Numbered from the stretch's first letter, positions 1 through 14,218 are shown. The stretch: DNA of 64,000 nt from Eledone cirrhosa (GCA_964016885.1 OZ024741.1:363878001-363942000), one strand, 5' to 3'. Numbers and translations: made by a program. Notes: a model not told the origin generated them from the sequence alone.

Positions 1-865
1 CCCATGAACACACAAATGAAACAGTGGATGAATATATTATTCAATAACTGTGTAATACAAAGCTGTTGAGAGAATAAACACAGTTTGAAATTGGAAATAA
101 AAAACAAGTGATATTGCTAATGATGAGAGTGGATGGTATGAATAAATATTGAAAAAAAAAACAACTTGAATAGATAGAGAGATAAAAAACAAAAATATTT
201 ACTTTACAAGGTTGTTTTCATAAACCTGACTAATCCATAAGAAAACAAATCAGGCAGACACCTAAACTTTATTCTGATTATAAAGGAATGTGTTAATTGT
301 GATGGCAATGCCAATTGTTATGAAAATACTATGTAACTTGTTATATAATTTTATATAGCAATAATTTACATTATACTCTTTATTATGAGAATATAATAAT
401 CCTCCAGCACCACCTTTTAACTAAACAAGGTCAGGATCAATGAGTGAGTGTACACCATGTAAAAGGAATGACCAGCAATTGTTGTAAAGCTTGTCTTCAG
501 TAGTTAGCAATAGTTTATAAGAAAATTATACTTGTGAAATCATCATCATTCTACATCTACTTTCCATGCTAGTATGGGTTGGATGGGTTATCACAGTCAA
601 AGACAAGGTAATTTAGATACCAAATATGTTCCATATTTTGGCATGATTTCCATGGCCAGATGCCATTTCTAATGTTAACCACTTTACAGAGTGTACGAGG
701 TGCATATTATCATAAATTATAAAATGAATACCGAACTTTGACAATATATAAAAAAAACCCTGCCCACCCCTTTGAAAGTTGTATGTTATAGTTAATAGTC
801 CTAAGCTTTGTCTTCTCATTCCCAAGTTGTTGTTGATAGTGTTATTATTCACGAGAATGGACACA

Positions 866-1455
866 ATAGGGCTGAATGGTTAAGAAGTTCACTTTGCAAT
901 CATTATGTCCCAGGTTCGATCTCTCTGCATAGCATCTTAGGCAAAGATCATTTACTATAGTCATGGGTTGACTGCTGCACTTCAGGCTGAAGAGGGCAAA
1001 CTGTCCAAGTATCGGTCGCTCTCCGATATGTTTGTGGTTGTGCCTCTAGCAGTGGAGACTTCTGGTGTCCTTGGCCCTAGGGCTACCTCCCTACTTACCA
1101 CCATAGGCACTGAGCTGGCTAGCTGCAGGTGTGAGCCTCACAAGATGGAATGGCTCTTCTAGCACATCTCCCTTAACATCCTCCGGGGAAACACCTTCTC
1201 CATTGTTCACCAGGGCCGTGGGGCGGCCAGCACGTGGGACCCCATTTGCTCATAATACAAAGAGATGGGGAGGGCAAGAGAGATGGAGGCGATGACAGTG
1301 GGAGTTTGGCTCTTCCGTTTATTTATCAGACTGTAGGTTTTATGTACTTGCTTTAATGTAGACAAGGAAAAAAATATATATATATACATATACATGAAAC
1401 TCATTCCTTGTGAGTAAAATTGGATAGATGAAAACTGTTTGGAAACCTGTCGAGT
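866..1455 (+). mobile_element. tRNA-derived SINE (CORE-like), split in two by a LINE fragment
   Basis: A/B-box-like head (tggttaagaag...ggttcgatc) and cttaggcaaag core to about 970. The body resumes near 1405 (ccttgtgagtaaaattggatagatgaaaactg), matching other copies in the window such as 9155-9235. Confidence 0.6.
972..1378 (+). mobile_element. 3' fragment of a CRE-like (restriction-like endonuclease) non-LTR retrotransposon
   Basis: AA.QAEEGKLSKY..VPLAVETSGVLG..A..LL..IG...WLF*HISLNILRGN resembles the CRE-clade RLE C-terminus; ends in an A-run followed by (TA)n. Confidence 0.7.
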
Positions 1456-2982
1456 GGACTGTCCTGTAATTCAAAGGGCCATACTGAATCCCCCTGAGAA
1501 TTATGTTATGGGTAGATGTGTCTGTGGATTACTCAGCTACTCGCATATTAATTTCATGAGCAAGATGTTCTGATGATCAAGCAACCAATACACTTATTTT
1601 CCAAACCAATGAAGGTTCATTCCATTATTTATGATGGAGGATGAAGGATTAGTTTTTAATCCTTGTGAAGTTTCTGTTTGCCTTTTATCCTTCTGTGTAA
1701 CTTAGTCACTTATAACACTTCCCAGCAAGAGCAGGAGAAATAATCCCCTCTTTGAAATGTACATAAACAGCATTAATTGTTGTTCCATAACACATTATAT
1801 AGTTTAAAAAAAAAAAATAAAGTATGGAAAAAGTGTAAACAAACAGTTTACAATAGCCATCGATATGGTCAAAGGTAATTAATTAGACAATTTTCAATTG
1901 AATAATGGATTAGTTATCGGATTAATAAAATTGAAGTGAAATTGACAGTGTGTGCATGTGTTTTAGAAGTATGACCCTCCCAAAATACAAACACATTATA
2001 TATCTTATTTGGCATAGATTGAAAACATAGTTGGGAAATGAAGAATGCGTAAATGGCTGCTTACAATCACCCTTTTCCAATAATCTTTTATTTCTTCAGA
2101 TCCTCATTGATTCTTGATATTAAGTCTAGTTCAAGTATGTGTGTATGCATTGTAGACACTGTGTATGCCTATGTGTATCTGGTTTAGAATAGGTACATCC
2201 TGGTTGGTACCAGCAAAAGCATCTGGCTGTAAAACATTTCCTTGATAAGGATCCCATGATGAACATAAAGCCTATCACAGGGCCTTGCATAACTAACTCC
2301 TATTTTAGCAGGGAAATAACCTTAAAACTCTTTGCTGATGCTCGTTTGATTTGTTTTGTGGATTGTAGAATCATTTAAAGTTATAGAAGTGTGCAGTGTA
2401 TTTGAATAAGCAGCCACTGATTTACATACGGCCAAATAAGCCCGAGGTTCAGGTGTAGCATCCTATAAAATACTGTATTGATTTAACTATAGTGCAATGA
2501 CCTTTTAGTCCATTCATATGTTGGGGCATAATAATAGAAAGATCCAGAATGATAGGAAATCCAATTATTATAGTCAATAGGTTCTTGGGAATAGATTAGT
2601 CAGTAACATTTTAACCACCTTCAAATTAAAAAATTAATTAAAAGTTAATTACAAATAGATATATTAAAAGAAACAACAAAAACTGATAAGCTTAATCTGT
2701 GATTACTAATTCTCTCTAATCTCTTCAGAATAAAAATATGTCAAATTAATCTAAATAGCTAAAATGAATAGCGATATATAGATGCCATTAACCTTTGCAT
2801 TATGATATTTCTGATGACTAGCTGCCTAAAATTTTCAAAATAAAAATCATGCTGAACTGTACACTGGTTATATCTTATAACACTATGATCTTTCCAATAG
2901 ACAATATTTCACCGACTTATTTGCAATGATTCAGAATATATAGAGAGGTTTAAGAATGTCACGAAGTTGTAAAATCTTCATA

Positions 2983-3180
2983 TGCATTTACATTACTCTA
3001 TATTTACTATTATATTTTCACAGTAAACACCTCACATAATATCGAATCTATGAGATTTTGATATTTATTTTGAGAACAATATCTTAACATAAGTATAAGC
3101 AGCCAGTTACAGCTGGGTTGAACAGAAAGTGGTGAGAGAATTCTGGCCGGATACAGCCGGTTTAAATGCTAATGGGTTAA
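2983..3180. mobile_element. TTAA-type (piggyBac-like) MITE, family A, partial
   Basis: Same body as 34409-34567 and 38138-38351; ends ...aaatgctaatgggttaa. Confidence 0.6.
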
Positions 3181-3619
3181 CATTTTATTTTCACAGTTGA
3201 TAAAGTGATATATGAGAACAATGAAATGATGATGATGATGATGATGGTGGAGATAGTGAATCTTTTGTTGGTTTCGATGATGAGCAATCAGTTATCTGTT
3301 CTATTGGATGTCCAATTCAATAAATTAACATGTAAGTGGTCGAGTATTCCACAGACGTGTATACCCACAACTTAATTCCCAAGCCAGCCAACTGGTTAAC
3401 ACACCAGTTATATTTGGTGATAATTTTATCAGTTTCACATAGCATCCATATGATCCCTTGCTGCCTGCTACAGAACACCACAACAACACACTACTAACAA
3501 CACTTCATTCAGAAGATGAAACTGAGAAGGTCTTGAAATGTTAATGGACTTAGTAATATTATTTTTCTAAACTAAACTAGGTAAATATATGAAAATATGT
3601 TACATGGTAGTGAGGCCTG

Positions 3620-4120
3620 GGCATTGTGTGCAGAGCACAGAGCATAAAAGTCGATGGAAGCCTTGGAGCGGGGAGACCCAAGAAGACCTGGAATGAGGTG
3701 ATAAAAACTGACCTTGCCCAATTACACCTCTCAAAGGCGATGACACAGGACCAAAACCTCTGGCGTTATGCAGTAATACAGAAGACCCGAGTTCCTATGG
3801 GTACAAGCTGAAGCTGAAGCATATAGACAATATGCCCCCACGTCCCTCCCACTGTAAAGTGGTTGTATAGGTATCACGACAAAAAGCAGCCAGTCCACAC
3901 TGTAAAGTGGTTTTGTAGGTGCCACGGTAAGAAAGCACCCAGTACTCACTGTGAATAAGGTTGGTGTTAGAAAGGGCATCCAGCTGTAGAAACCGAGCCA
4001 AAATTAGTCCTGTATGAGCAAGACATGGTCACCTAACCTGGCATTGCCCACAACAGGACAACCCGTCTAACCTATGCTAGCGTGGAAACATTGACGTAAA
4101 ATGGTGATGATCATGATGAT
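3620..4120 (+). mobile_element. RTE LINE 3' fragment (end of ORF, structured 3'UTR, (GAT)n tail)
   Basis: CRA..IKVDGSLGAGRPKKTWNEVIKTDL matches the C-terminus of the long RTE ORFs in this window; same terminal hairpin and GAT tail. Confidence 0.85.
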
Positions 4121-6849
4121 CATTAATGAAAAAGATTAAACTTGAACACAGTCATGTTTCCAATATATATATATATATAATGGATGGTGGCATCCCCTTG
4201 GTGTGAAAGGCAATTAAGTGAAAGTACTCAATACTGTTGAGTAGTGTAGAAAAATATATATCCAAAGCTCAAAGTTTTTCATTCCAGAACCCAGGTAATT
4301 GATATGATATATAAAGCTTAATTTTATATACACACTGATTGATCCTACTTGGGTAGTGCTGAAAACAATTTATCAAGAATTACTGGTACCACATATGAGT
4401 ATACGACAATCTATATATAAATTTGAGCGACCTTCGTCCGTCACACAATGTGTGTTTGTGTGAATGTGTATGTGTATGTGTGTGTGTATGTTGTGTTTGT
4501 ATCTGAGGGTATATTTTAGTAAGTGTGTCTGTGTTTGCGTATTTATAGTTATATATTCATACATATAAATGTATGCATATGCACATACAAACACACAAAC
4601 ATATGCACACACAAAATTGTTAAATTTTTTTTTTCATGTGGTGACATGCTGACACATGTAGAAAAAAATTCTAGCGCTTAAAAAATTAAAACAAATTCTA
4701 CGGAAAGAATTTGACAAATAAACCATTTCCGTATGAAAAAAAAGTTTTAAAGAATTCCTCTGATAGCTGCTGTAGTGAACTTATGAATGTACAGATATGT
4801 AAAATCTAGTGATTGTTAAATAGAAAGATGTTTTACTAGAATGTTTGTATGTAGGTAGATTTATTTATGTGTATGAATACACATATACTAGTGTACATAT
4901 GCATAGGTGTGTAATGCATGGGCATGTATGCTTGCAAACAGAGGTGTGTCATTGCATATTAGAAGTACACATGTTAAGTATATGGGCATATATATATATA
5001 TGCACAGGTGGATATGTGCATAACAGCATGTGGCAAGTATGTTTATTTGTACATTGGTATGTATATTAGTGCACAACAGTATATGCATTTTTGTTTATAT
5101 ACTGCCATGTGTTCATATATTCCTTTGTTCAGATTTTAAAATGTTTTCCTTAGTTCATAATTATAGAAATGACATTAGGTTCCTGTACAAAATCCATGAC
5201 ATCATCCTGATTGATTTATCTATATCATCAAACTTTTACTTTCCCTACTAGAAAGTGTTGGACAGATCTACATAGACCAAGTTAGCACTGAAGTGGGGCT
5301 ACTGACCTCCCAGGCAGGCCGGGAATGAGGAGGCAGCTTCTTACTTATGTATGGTCTTATGTTCTCGAGTGCGCAGGGGAAGTTATCATGTCTTTGACAC
5401 AACAGAAGGGTCCTACCAATCCTTTGTTTAGCAGGCTTTCTACGGTTAGATGCTCTTCATATCACAAACTATTTTATAGTGTGTACTGGGTGGATTTATT
5501 ATGTAGATCACTAGGGATGCTGCCATATCCCTGACACGGTTGAAGGCTCTTCCCACAACATTAAATTGGAAGGCATAATGAAAAACATTTTTCAGTTTAT
5601 ATTTTCCATATTACAGGAAGTATTTAATAAATGAAAATATCAATGAATGGAAGTATTAAAAAATTGAAGTCTAAAAAAAGATAAAATTAAATTAACATAC
5701 TTGTAATTTACACTTATAAAAATGTGCTCTGCAAAATTATAGGCTTTAATCAATATTATATAGCTCTTATAATTCTAATATTCATGTATTCATTCATGAA
5801 GCTTCTTAAGTGTTTTAGAAATTTTGAATACTCTAATAAATTTTAAAATAATTGATAAATTTTTTTTTACATTTTTTTTCAAATTACAATCTTATGTAAA
5901 CATGATTGCTTGATTTATGAGGCATTGGGAAATTTGAAAATATAGTCTCCACAATGCAGATAACTATAATAATGATTAAAAAATAATAGCTGCAGGGGTT
6001 TATTCAACTAACATTTCAATCAAGCACTCAGTTGATATATTCATATCATCATTATCATCATTTTACATTCACCTTTCCAAGCTGGCATAGGTTGGATGGC
6101 TCATATGTCTATGTATTTGGTGTATTTATGCATTTGTATATTCACATGCTTGTAATTTTTGTATATTTGTTATTCATGCATGTATGTGTGTGTGCAGTGA
6201 TATAATAAAGTTTCTGAATCTAGCTTAAAAGAAAAAGATTATATATCAAATTATATATTTTACATATTATTTATATCCAGGCACCATCCTGTTTGAAATA
6301 TTCTACTTAGGAATGTACAGTGATTAAAGTGTATATTCCAAGATATAAAAGCACCATGTAAGTCCTTTATCTGAAGGCCAACTAATACCACCTACAATTT
6401 TGTTTAAATTTCATTTACCACCTCAAAGCAAGGAACAGTGCAGCCACTGCTTTCTGTTAAGATATTTATTTCTGTTAAGATATTTATTTCTCCAAAGCTA
6501 CTCATACATTTAATCCTGTATGTTATTTGGTCATATATGCAGAATGTTTATGTAATTATATCCCAGAAATATATTATTAAGATATGATTCTTATCTTTAA
6601 TCACTTCTACATGTCAGTAATCAACATAAACTGTAGGGTTTCTCTTATGCAAACTAATAATTTATCAAAATGCAAATTTCCCACTTTCTATGATTATTCA
6701 TACATCCAGTATTTCTGGTATATATGGCATACCAATCATGGACCCCAAAAATTAAATATGTTGAATGCTATTGCTGTGATATTGATGGTACGGGCCCACT
6801 AGTATTATATATACCCCAAAGGCCTTGCATAATTTCCACTTTGAATAGA

Positions 6850-7480
6850 AACACCTTTTTCAAGTTCAAATTTACAACCACCATGTTGAATAAGTAAATA
6901 ATTTCTGTTATCTGGGAAGTATCCACAATAAGGATGCCATTTTATCAGATAAAATGTCAAATCATATTTATCTTGCACATGCTGCTTTCAGAGAAACTGT
7001 ACCAAAGAGTTTTCTGTTGAAATAGAATTAAGACATGCATGAAGTTGGTGGGTTACAAAGCATTTGTTCTCGCAACCCTCTTGTGGGAAGTTGGGGCGCT
7101 TTATTCTAGATATACAAAATTTGAAACACTACCATCAAATAAAGCTGCAAACAATCTTGAGCATATATTGGCAAGACAATGTTATGAATAACAAAATTCT
7201 TTAGCAAACCAGATTTTACAGTATGGAAGCTGAGGTACTACATCACCAACTGTGTTTGGTAGGCTACATTTGAAAGAATGTCAGATCATTCTGTTGAAGA
7301 TGCTTGTGTATAGACAATTACAAGAACATGTCTAGTAGGAGTTCTGAAGTGGCAGTACAAGGATCAAATAAAGCAAATATTAAAGAACTTTGATATTGAG
7401 GTTTCTTTGTGGATTGTTGATGCATGTGATTGTCTGCTCTAGAGGAAAAAATGGCACACTGGAAGTGACATCTTTGAGAG
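6850..7480 (+). mobile_element. Highly decayed RTE-type LINE RT/C-terminal remnant
   Basis: Piecewise translation: VNNFCYLGSI, YKAFVLATLL, L.IYWQDNV and RMSD motifs, with stops and frameshifts. Confidence 0.55.
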
Positions 7481-8868
7481 TAACTGGAAGGATGAGGTTG
7501 ACAGAAGGAGATGTTGATGGAGGGGAGCAAATGAGAAATAAGGATTCTTAGACCTTATTTTAGTATTCAATTAGAAATGAACCAACAAATTTAATAACTA
7601 TCAATAGAAATATGCACATAAATGTTCATAAAACTAAAGAAATATTATTCTATTACATATCAAAGTTTGCACTAAGGGAGTCTAAATTGGAGTTAGAGCA
7701 TTCAGTGAATTGACAGATTTGTTAGTACATTGGATTAAATGCCTTAGTTTTTATTCCAGCATTTTGTGCTCTGATTTCAAATCAAACAGATCAAATTTGC
7801 ATTCCAACCTTTTGGGAGGCGATGAATACAGTGCCAATAGATTGGTAAAATCGTTATAGAGTCGGATGTGTTCTGGCTCTGTGCATTCTGAGTTCAAATC
7901 CTACCCACTGTCACCGGAAAGTGGTAATACTTCTGCCAGGAGTTGTGAGCAACATATATCAGCAATGGAAAGACCAATGGAAAAAATTTCCTAAGTTCAA
8001 TCTGACAATCAGTTCCTTTCCGTATTGTTCTATTTGGCTCACCAAGAAATATGTAAAAGTGAGTTATTTACATATATCAATTTGCTTAATTACATGTTTA
8101 TGCAGCTTCTATACAGATATATATTTATCAAATACTATTCTAAATAATACAATATATAGCTCAAAGCTTTGAAAATTAATAACTCTAAAAAGAAGAAAAA
8201 TGTTTAAGATTATATAGGATAAATATATGATATATGAAAGTGAAAGACCATTGTTAATGAGAGCAATTTATGCCACTATAAATAATCTATACTTAAGTAA
8301 AAATGGATCCTTCTTTCATAAGCACAAACCAGCAAAGATAGTTATATCTTACTTTCATTACCATATTTGTAATTAAAGACACTGCCTATGATTTTCAAAT
8401 CATTTTGAAAATAATCAAAAATTTGCAGGGATTTAGATATATAACTTTTTTTTTATTAAGCTGGTATTTGGAGGATAACTTAATGGTTCTTTCATGATGG
8501 AAGTTCTTTTTTATTTTTTAGATAAATACAAATACTTTAAAATAAACAGCTTAGTATCATATAAAACAAAGGTAATTTCAGTTGGTTTATTACCTTATAC
8601 TGCTAAAGAAAGCCAATCTTGTAAATATGATAATACCAATAGTTTCAAGAAGAATAAATCATTAACATATTCAAGTTATTATATTTTCTTCAATATAGCC
8701 ATAATTGTTAATGTGTTAAAAAAATAATCACAAAATATAATTGCAGTTGCTCTACAAAGGGGGATGCAGAGGTTAGTACTAGATCTATAGTCAACTAATA
8801 TCTGTGCAGCTGAGAAAAGACATTATTCTGCAGTGAGAGGAATTGCAGATAAATCCAAGTAGACTTAC

Positions 8869-8989
8869 CTCAAATGCAGGCCAGTTCATAGACATTCCAG
8901 CACCATAAATGTTAGACCACCACCTTAAATCTTTCTCACAGTCTGCACAATTTATCTCCTGATAAAACTGACGATATATTTCAGCAAAT
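8869..8989 (-). CDS. PACSIN: PACSIN coding exon 6, end of F-BAR (absent from ORF track)
   Basis: (R)FAEIYRQFYQEINCADCEKDLRWWSNIYGAGMSMNWPAFE (conserved DLRWW...G.GM.MNWP.FE). Acceptor tttccag, donor gtaagt; 121 nt, phase 2 to 0. Confidence 0.95.
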
Positions 8990-9668
8990 CTGGAAATTTA
9001 AGAGAATATATATATATATATATATGTATGTATGTGCATTTTATATGCATATGTGTATATAAATATATGGGCGTGCATGGTGTATGTATGTATATATATA
9101 ATCATTTAATGTTTATTGTCCATGCTAGATATGTGTATAAGTATGTGTGATACATTGGGCAAGTGTCTTCTACCACTCAGGCTGAACAATGCCTTGTGTG
9201 TGAAATTTCGTTGATGGAAACTGCAGGAGCCTGTTATTTATATTTTTGTAGGTTTAAATTACATACAATAAAGAGGACTCTTTAGACTTGCAATGATGGT
9301 GTCATGATAAAATGCACCCTGCAAAGTGGTTAGTATTAGAAATGGCATAAAAAACAACAAAACATGCTAAAATGGAATGTAATTGAAAGAGACTTGATTA
9401 CCTGACCTGTCTAGAAGGACAGGAGCTCTAATAAAGTACTGACTTAGTCTGTAAATTTTTCTAATATTCAGTTGAATTTAAAAATATTTAAAATCATAAC
9501 CATTGGAGAAGATTGAAAGTTGAAACTATTTATAGTTAAGCTTGTTATATTTAAAGTGCCCAATTTGCAAATAACAATCACAACATTTTTCTTACAAGGC
9601 TTATATTATCTCATTAATTCAACTTAAATGTAAGCAAATTTCATTTCTGAAGATAAAAAATAATTTAC

Positions 9669-9769
9669 CGCTGATCCTGTGAAAGATCCAAACACTGATG
9701 AATTCCAAATAACATCTGTTTAAAAAATGTTAATCTTCTTCGTTCCATTTCTTGACATTCATTAAAAAC
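9669..9769 (-). CDS. PACSIN: PACSIN coding exon 5 (absent from ORF track)
   Basis: VFNECQEMERRRLTFFKQMLFGIHQCLDLSQDQ(R) (conserved VF..CQ..E..RL.FFK..L..IH..LDL). Acceptor tttcag, donor gtaaat; 101 nt, phase 0 to 2. Confidence 0.93.
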
Positions 9770-10717
9770 CTGAAATAATGAGAAAATTTGAGAGATTAAA
9801 TAGCTTTAAAAAATATTTTGGATAATGGAAGCTATTTTATAACAATGTCTTATACATCGATTTCATATCCATTTAAGCATTTTGATGGAAAACTTCAGAA
9901 ACTGCCCATGGTTATATAATGCTAAATAGTTTATTTTCACGTGTTTATATTTATCTAAAAATAAACCATCATAATTTTATGCAAGAATTTTGTTAAGCAA
10001 TGTTCTAAACACCAGCTTAATGCCAAGAAAGTTAGTTATATTATTAAATCCATCAAAATTCTTGATTATTTTCAAACTTGTAGGCAGTATCTTTCATTAA
10101 AAATATGGTAACAAAAAAGTTAAAGATATAATCAATGAGAGAATGGAACAGAATCTTAAAGATAAGAAAATACAACGAAAATATGAAGAGACACAACTTC
10201 TGTGAACTTATTTAAGTAAAAATATTGTCATCTTTCTCATCATTTTAACTATTTTTCTATGCTGGCTTAAAATTGGACAGGTCTGCAAAGCTCAACCTGC
10301 TTAGGCCAGAATGAGTGTGAATCAAACTAGCAGTTTGGGGAGGATCAGCATAGAGCAGGAAATGAAGTATTTTGTGGCCTTGAAGAGCAAAGTCATTCTT
10401 TTGGGATGTTGTATGGTGAACCATTAAAGAGTGTCAGGGATTTAGTTAGATTTTGTTAGCAAATGGCAAGACTGTCTCCTTGGAATGTATACTGATTATG
10501 TTTTGGTGATGAGGGTCATGAAAAGAAGGGAGTTGGCACTTGATAAGAAAATAAAAGGGCAACATTTAGTTCTCTATAATGAACACAGTTAAGAGAAGAA
10601 ACTATGCTGTATACCCAAATAAATATGGCATTTCTAAATCGTATACTACTATTTTTCAAACTCCACTGGGATGACATTAGTCTTTATCAGATATTTTACT
10701 AACACTAAATCATGTGT

Positions 10718-13478
10718 ATCATCATCATCACCGTTTTACGTCCGTTCTTCCATGCTAGCATGGGTTAGACGGGTTGTCCTGTTGTGGGCAGTGTCTGGTC
10801 ATCGCCGTTGAGAGGTGTAATTGGGTAAGGTCGGCTTTTATCACCTCATTCCAGGTCTTCTTGGGTTTCCCCACTCGGCGGTTTCCATTGACTTCTAGTG
10901 CTCTGCACCTTTTTATGCAGCTGTCATCCTTCATACGCATCACATGTCCATACCAACGCAACCTCCTCTCCTGCACACAGCATTTGATTCCTCTTATGCT
11001 CAGTCTCTCTCAATTCGTTTATGCTTTGCTGTTCGCGTATATTACTATTACACATCCATCGGAGCATGCAGGCTTCGTTTCTTTCTAATCTACGTAAGTC
11101 TTCCATCTTCAGCGCCCAGGTCTCACTACCATGTAACATTGCTGTTCGGATACACGCATCATACAGTCTGCCTTTCATTTTGAGAGAGAAGCCTTTTGCA
11201 GCTAGCAGTGGCAGTAGTTCCCTGAACTTCTTCCATCCCGTTCTTACCCTAGTTATTGTACTTTCTGAACACCCACCTCCGCTGCTAATTCGGTCACCTA
11301 GGTAACAGAAGCTGTCTACTGTTTCTACAGAGCCCTCCCAGAGATTGGTGGTACTCGTTTCCTGTGGCTGTTTGCTGCTTGCTGTCCCAGCACAGCTGCT
11401 GCATGTGAAGCCTACATTCTTAATTAAGCTTCCTGAGATCCCGCTACATCTCTTGTGTACCCATTGTTTGCATTTGGGGCAGAGAATGGAGTTCCTACCT
11501 ATACCTTTCCTACATACTGAGCAAGGCCATTTCCCTGAGGGGATCTGGGTTCTGTTTTCTCGTCTACTTACAAGGACCTTAGTCTTTGTCATATTGACTT
11601 TGAGACCCTTTCTTTCTAGTTCCTGCTTCCAAGTTTGGAATTTCTTCTCTAGTTCTACCATAGATTCAGCTATAAGTGCGAGGTCATCAGCATACAGGAG
11701 TTCCCATGGGCATCTGGTCTTAAACTCCTCCGTTATTGCCTGCAGGACTATGATGAACAGGAGAGGGCTAAGAACAGAGCCCTGGTGGACACCAACCTGT
11801 ACGCTAAATTCCTCGCTATTCTCATTGCTAATCCTAACTTTGCTGACTGCTTCCCTATACATGGCTTGTACAGCTTTCACAAGCCATTCATCTACTCCTA
11901 GTTTTCTAAGAGCCCACCAGATTACAGCACGTGGAACTCTGTCAAAGGCTTTCTCAAGATTGACGAATGCCAGGTAGAATGGCTTACTTTTAGCATCAGT
12001 GGTGCCTCTTCCTGGTACAAACCCAAATTGCATCTCATCTATTTTCACCCGGTCCCTAATCAACTGTGCTATAACTATTTCTGCTACTTTCATGACCTGG
12101 TCCATCAACTTTATGCCTCTATAGTTTCCTCTATTTAGTGCATCACCTTTACCTTTGTAGCAGTTGACAATGATGCTACTGCACCAATCTTTTGGTATGA
12201 CACCTTCTAGTATTACCTGGTTAACAATACGTGTGGTTATGGTGTGACCTACCGACCCAGATGCCTTCAGCATCTCGGCAGCTATACCCGATGGACCGGT
12301 TGCCTTCCCCGTCTTCATATCTTTGATTGCCTTACTTACTACGCTGCTGCTGACTTGTACTGCTGGCCCCTCTATAGGGTCTACTTGGGGTAGGGTCTCT
12401 TCTTCCCAAGCATTTTCCTCATTTAGTAATCTATCATAATGGATGCATCCTTCTTCTCAGCACTTGTGAGGGCAAGCTCACCTTTATCATTCCGGATACA
12501 CTTCTCTCCAATGACATCCCAATTCTCTCTGACACACTGCCTCGCAATCTTGAACACCTGTTTCTGGTCCTCACGTTGCAAAACATGCTTGAATTTTCTA
12601 TCCTCTGCTTCCCTCCTAGCTAAGTATACTTGTCGCCTAGCTTCCCTCTTGTACCCTGCTCCCTCCGTTCTTCCATTCTTTCCATGCCTGTCTCTTGGCC
12701 TTAACTGCCTCATCTACCTTATTGTTCCACCAACAAGTCACTCTCCTGCTTGTGGTCTTACTCCAGCCACAGACCTCATCCGTCGCCTCTAGTAAGTTAT
12801 TTTTTAGGAACTGCCAGTGCTCTTCTACATTGAATGTCTCTATCTGTTCTTCTTTACTGTCGTAGGCGTTGAGTAAAATATCTTTAAATCTGTTACTGGT
12901 TGAGGGGTCTTTCAGCTTCCAGATCTTTCTTCTCCAGGTTGGCCTCTGTTTCCAGGTTCGTCTAGTTCTGACCGTGAGGTCGCTGACAACTAAGATATGT
13001 TGGGATGTACATTCCTCACTAGGGTAGGCTTTTGTGTTTACGACCGTCCATCTGTCACGTCCTCTGATGAGGATAAAATCTATCTGACTAGAATACTCCC
13101 CTGGTCTATAGGTGATCAGGTGGTTGTCGGGTTTTTTGAAGTTTGTGTTACATATCGACATGTCATCGGCGTCGCAGAATTCTAGAATTCTGAATCCTTC
13201 CTCATTTCTTGTGCCAACCCCGTGGCCTCCATGGACTCTATTGAAGCCATCACAGTGTTTACCTACATGTCCGTTAAAATCTCCTGCAATGATTAGGAAC
13301 TCATTGTCGTTTGTTAGAGCAGTAGTGTGGGACTCGTAAAATCTATCCTTAAGTTCGTCTGGCAACCCCAATTGGGGTGCGTAAGCTGATATTATTGTGG
13401 TAATTGTTTTATTCAGGACTAGTCTGAGTTTAATGATTCTTGCATTTACCCTGTACACTGAGATTACTTTATCTACCC
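10718..13478 (-). mobile_element. RTE-clade LINE, 5'-truncated and frameshifted (APE endonuclease + RT + internal Cys finger)
   Basis: APE motifs SAYAP, GDFNGHVG, SQIDFIL (12637-13458); RT motifs KAFDRV, QGSVLSP, YADD, YLG (10924-12318); (GAT)n tail. Internal deletions after GTTDA and in the 3'UTR. Confidence 0.95.
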
Positions 13479-13954
13479 CTGGTTTAAAATAAATACATCA
13501 TATTCCTGCTTGTTGGAAGAAGCAACTGAAAGGGTTTATTGTTAGGAAAGGCATCCAGCTGTAAAACATTGCCTCAAAAGGTACTGTCCCACCCATGCCA
13601 GCATGGAATAGTCGATATGATGACGATGATGAACACTATCAAAAACTTGAAATTTGATGAACGAGACAAATGAAAAATAAAAAAATAAAAATAAAAACAC
13701 CCTAAAGATATCTTTTTTATTTCATTCAAATCAAGTAAATTCTGGTAAATTTCAAATTATACTAAATCAAATACCAATTTATCCAACAACATTTTTACCA
13801 TCTTACATGGTTTCCCTTCAGAGAAAAAAATACAGGTATTCTTTGAAATATAACCTATGTGAATTACAGCCACTTTCATTTATGATCATTTATAATATTT
13901 TCACATGCACATGTCCATTTCTTTTGGCATGTTATGCTTCAGCAATTAAATCCA

Positions 13955-14218
13955 AATACTGTAAAGTGGTCGTGATGGTGACAATAAAAAGTGCCTAGCT
14001 CACACTGTAAAGTGGTTATGTTGGTGACACGACAAAAGTGCCCAGTCCATGCTGTAAAGTGGTCGTGTAGGTGCCACGACAAAAAGCACCCAGGCATAGA
14101 AACCAAGTCAAAATCAGCCCTGCGTGAGCGAAACACAATCTTCCGACCAGATCTCTCACAAAGGGACAGCCTGTCCTACCCATGCTAGCGTGGAAAGTGA
14201 ACGTTAAACGATGATGAT
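13955..14218 (+). mobile_element. RTE-type 3'UTR fragment with three structured repeat modules and GAT tail
   Basis: Three ctgtaaagtgg modules, the ccatgctagcgtgg terminal hairpin and a gatgatga tail. Confidence 0.7.

Noticed and set aside
203-225. Possible 23-nt PACSIN micro-exon (VYENNLV) on the minus strand
   Set aside because: Weak acceptor with a competing AG and no recognisable PACSIN similarity; no further exon could be supported in 1-8868.
10774-13339. Plus-strand ORFs over the RTE (and antisense ORFs over the other RTE copies)
   Set aside because: Antisense shadows of the RT reading frame.
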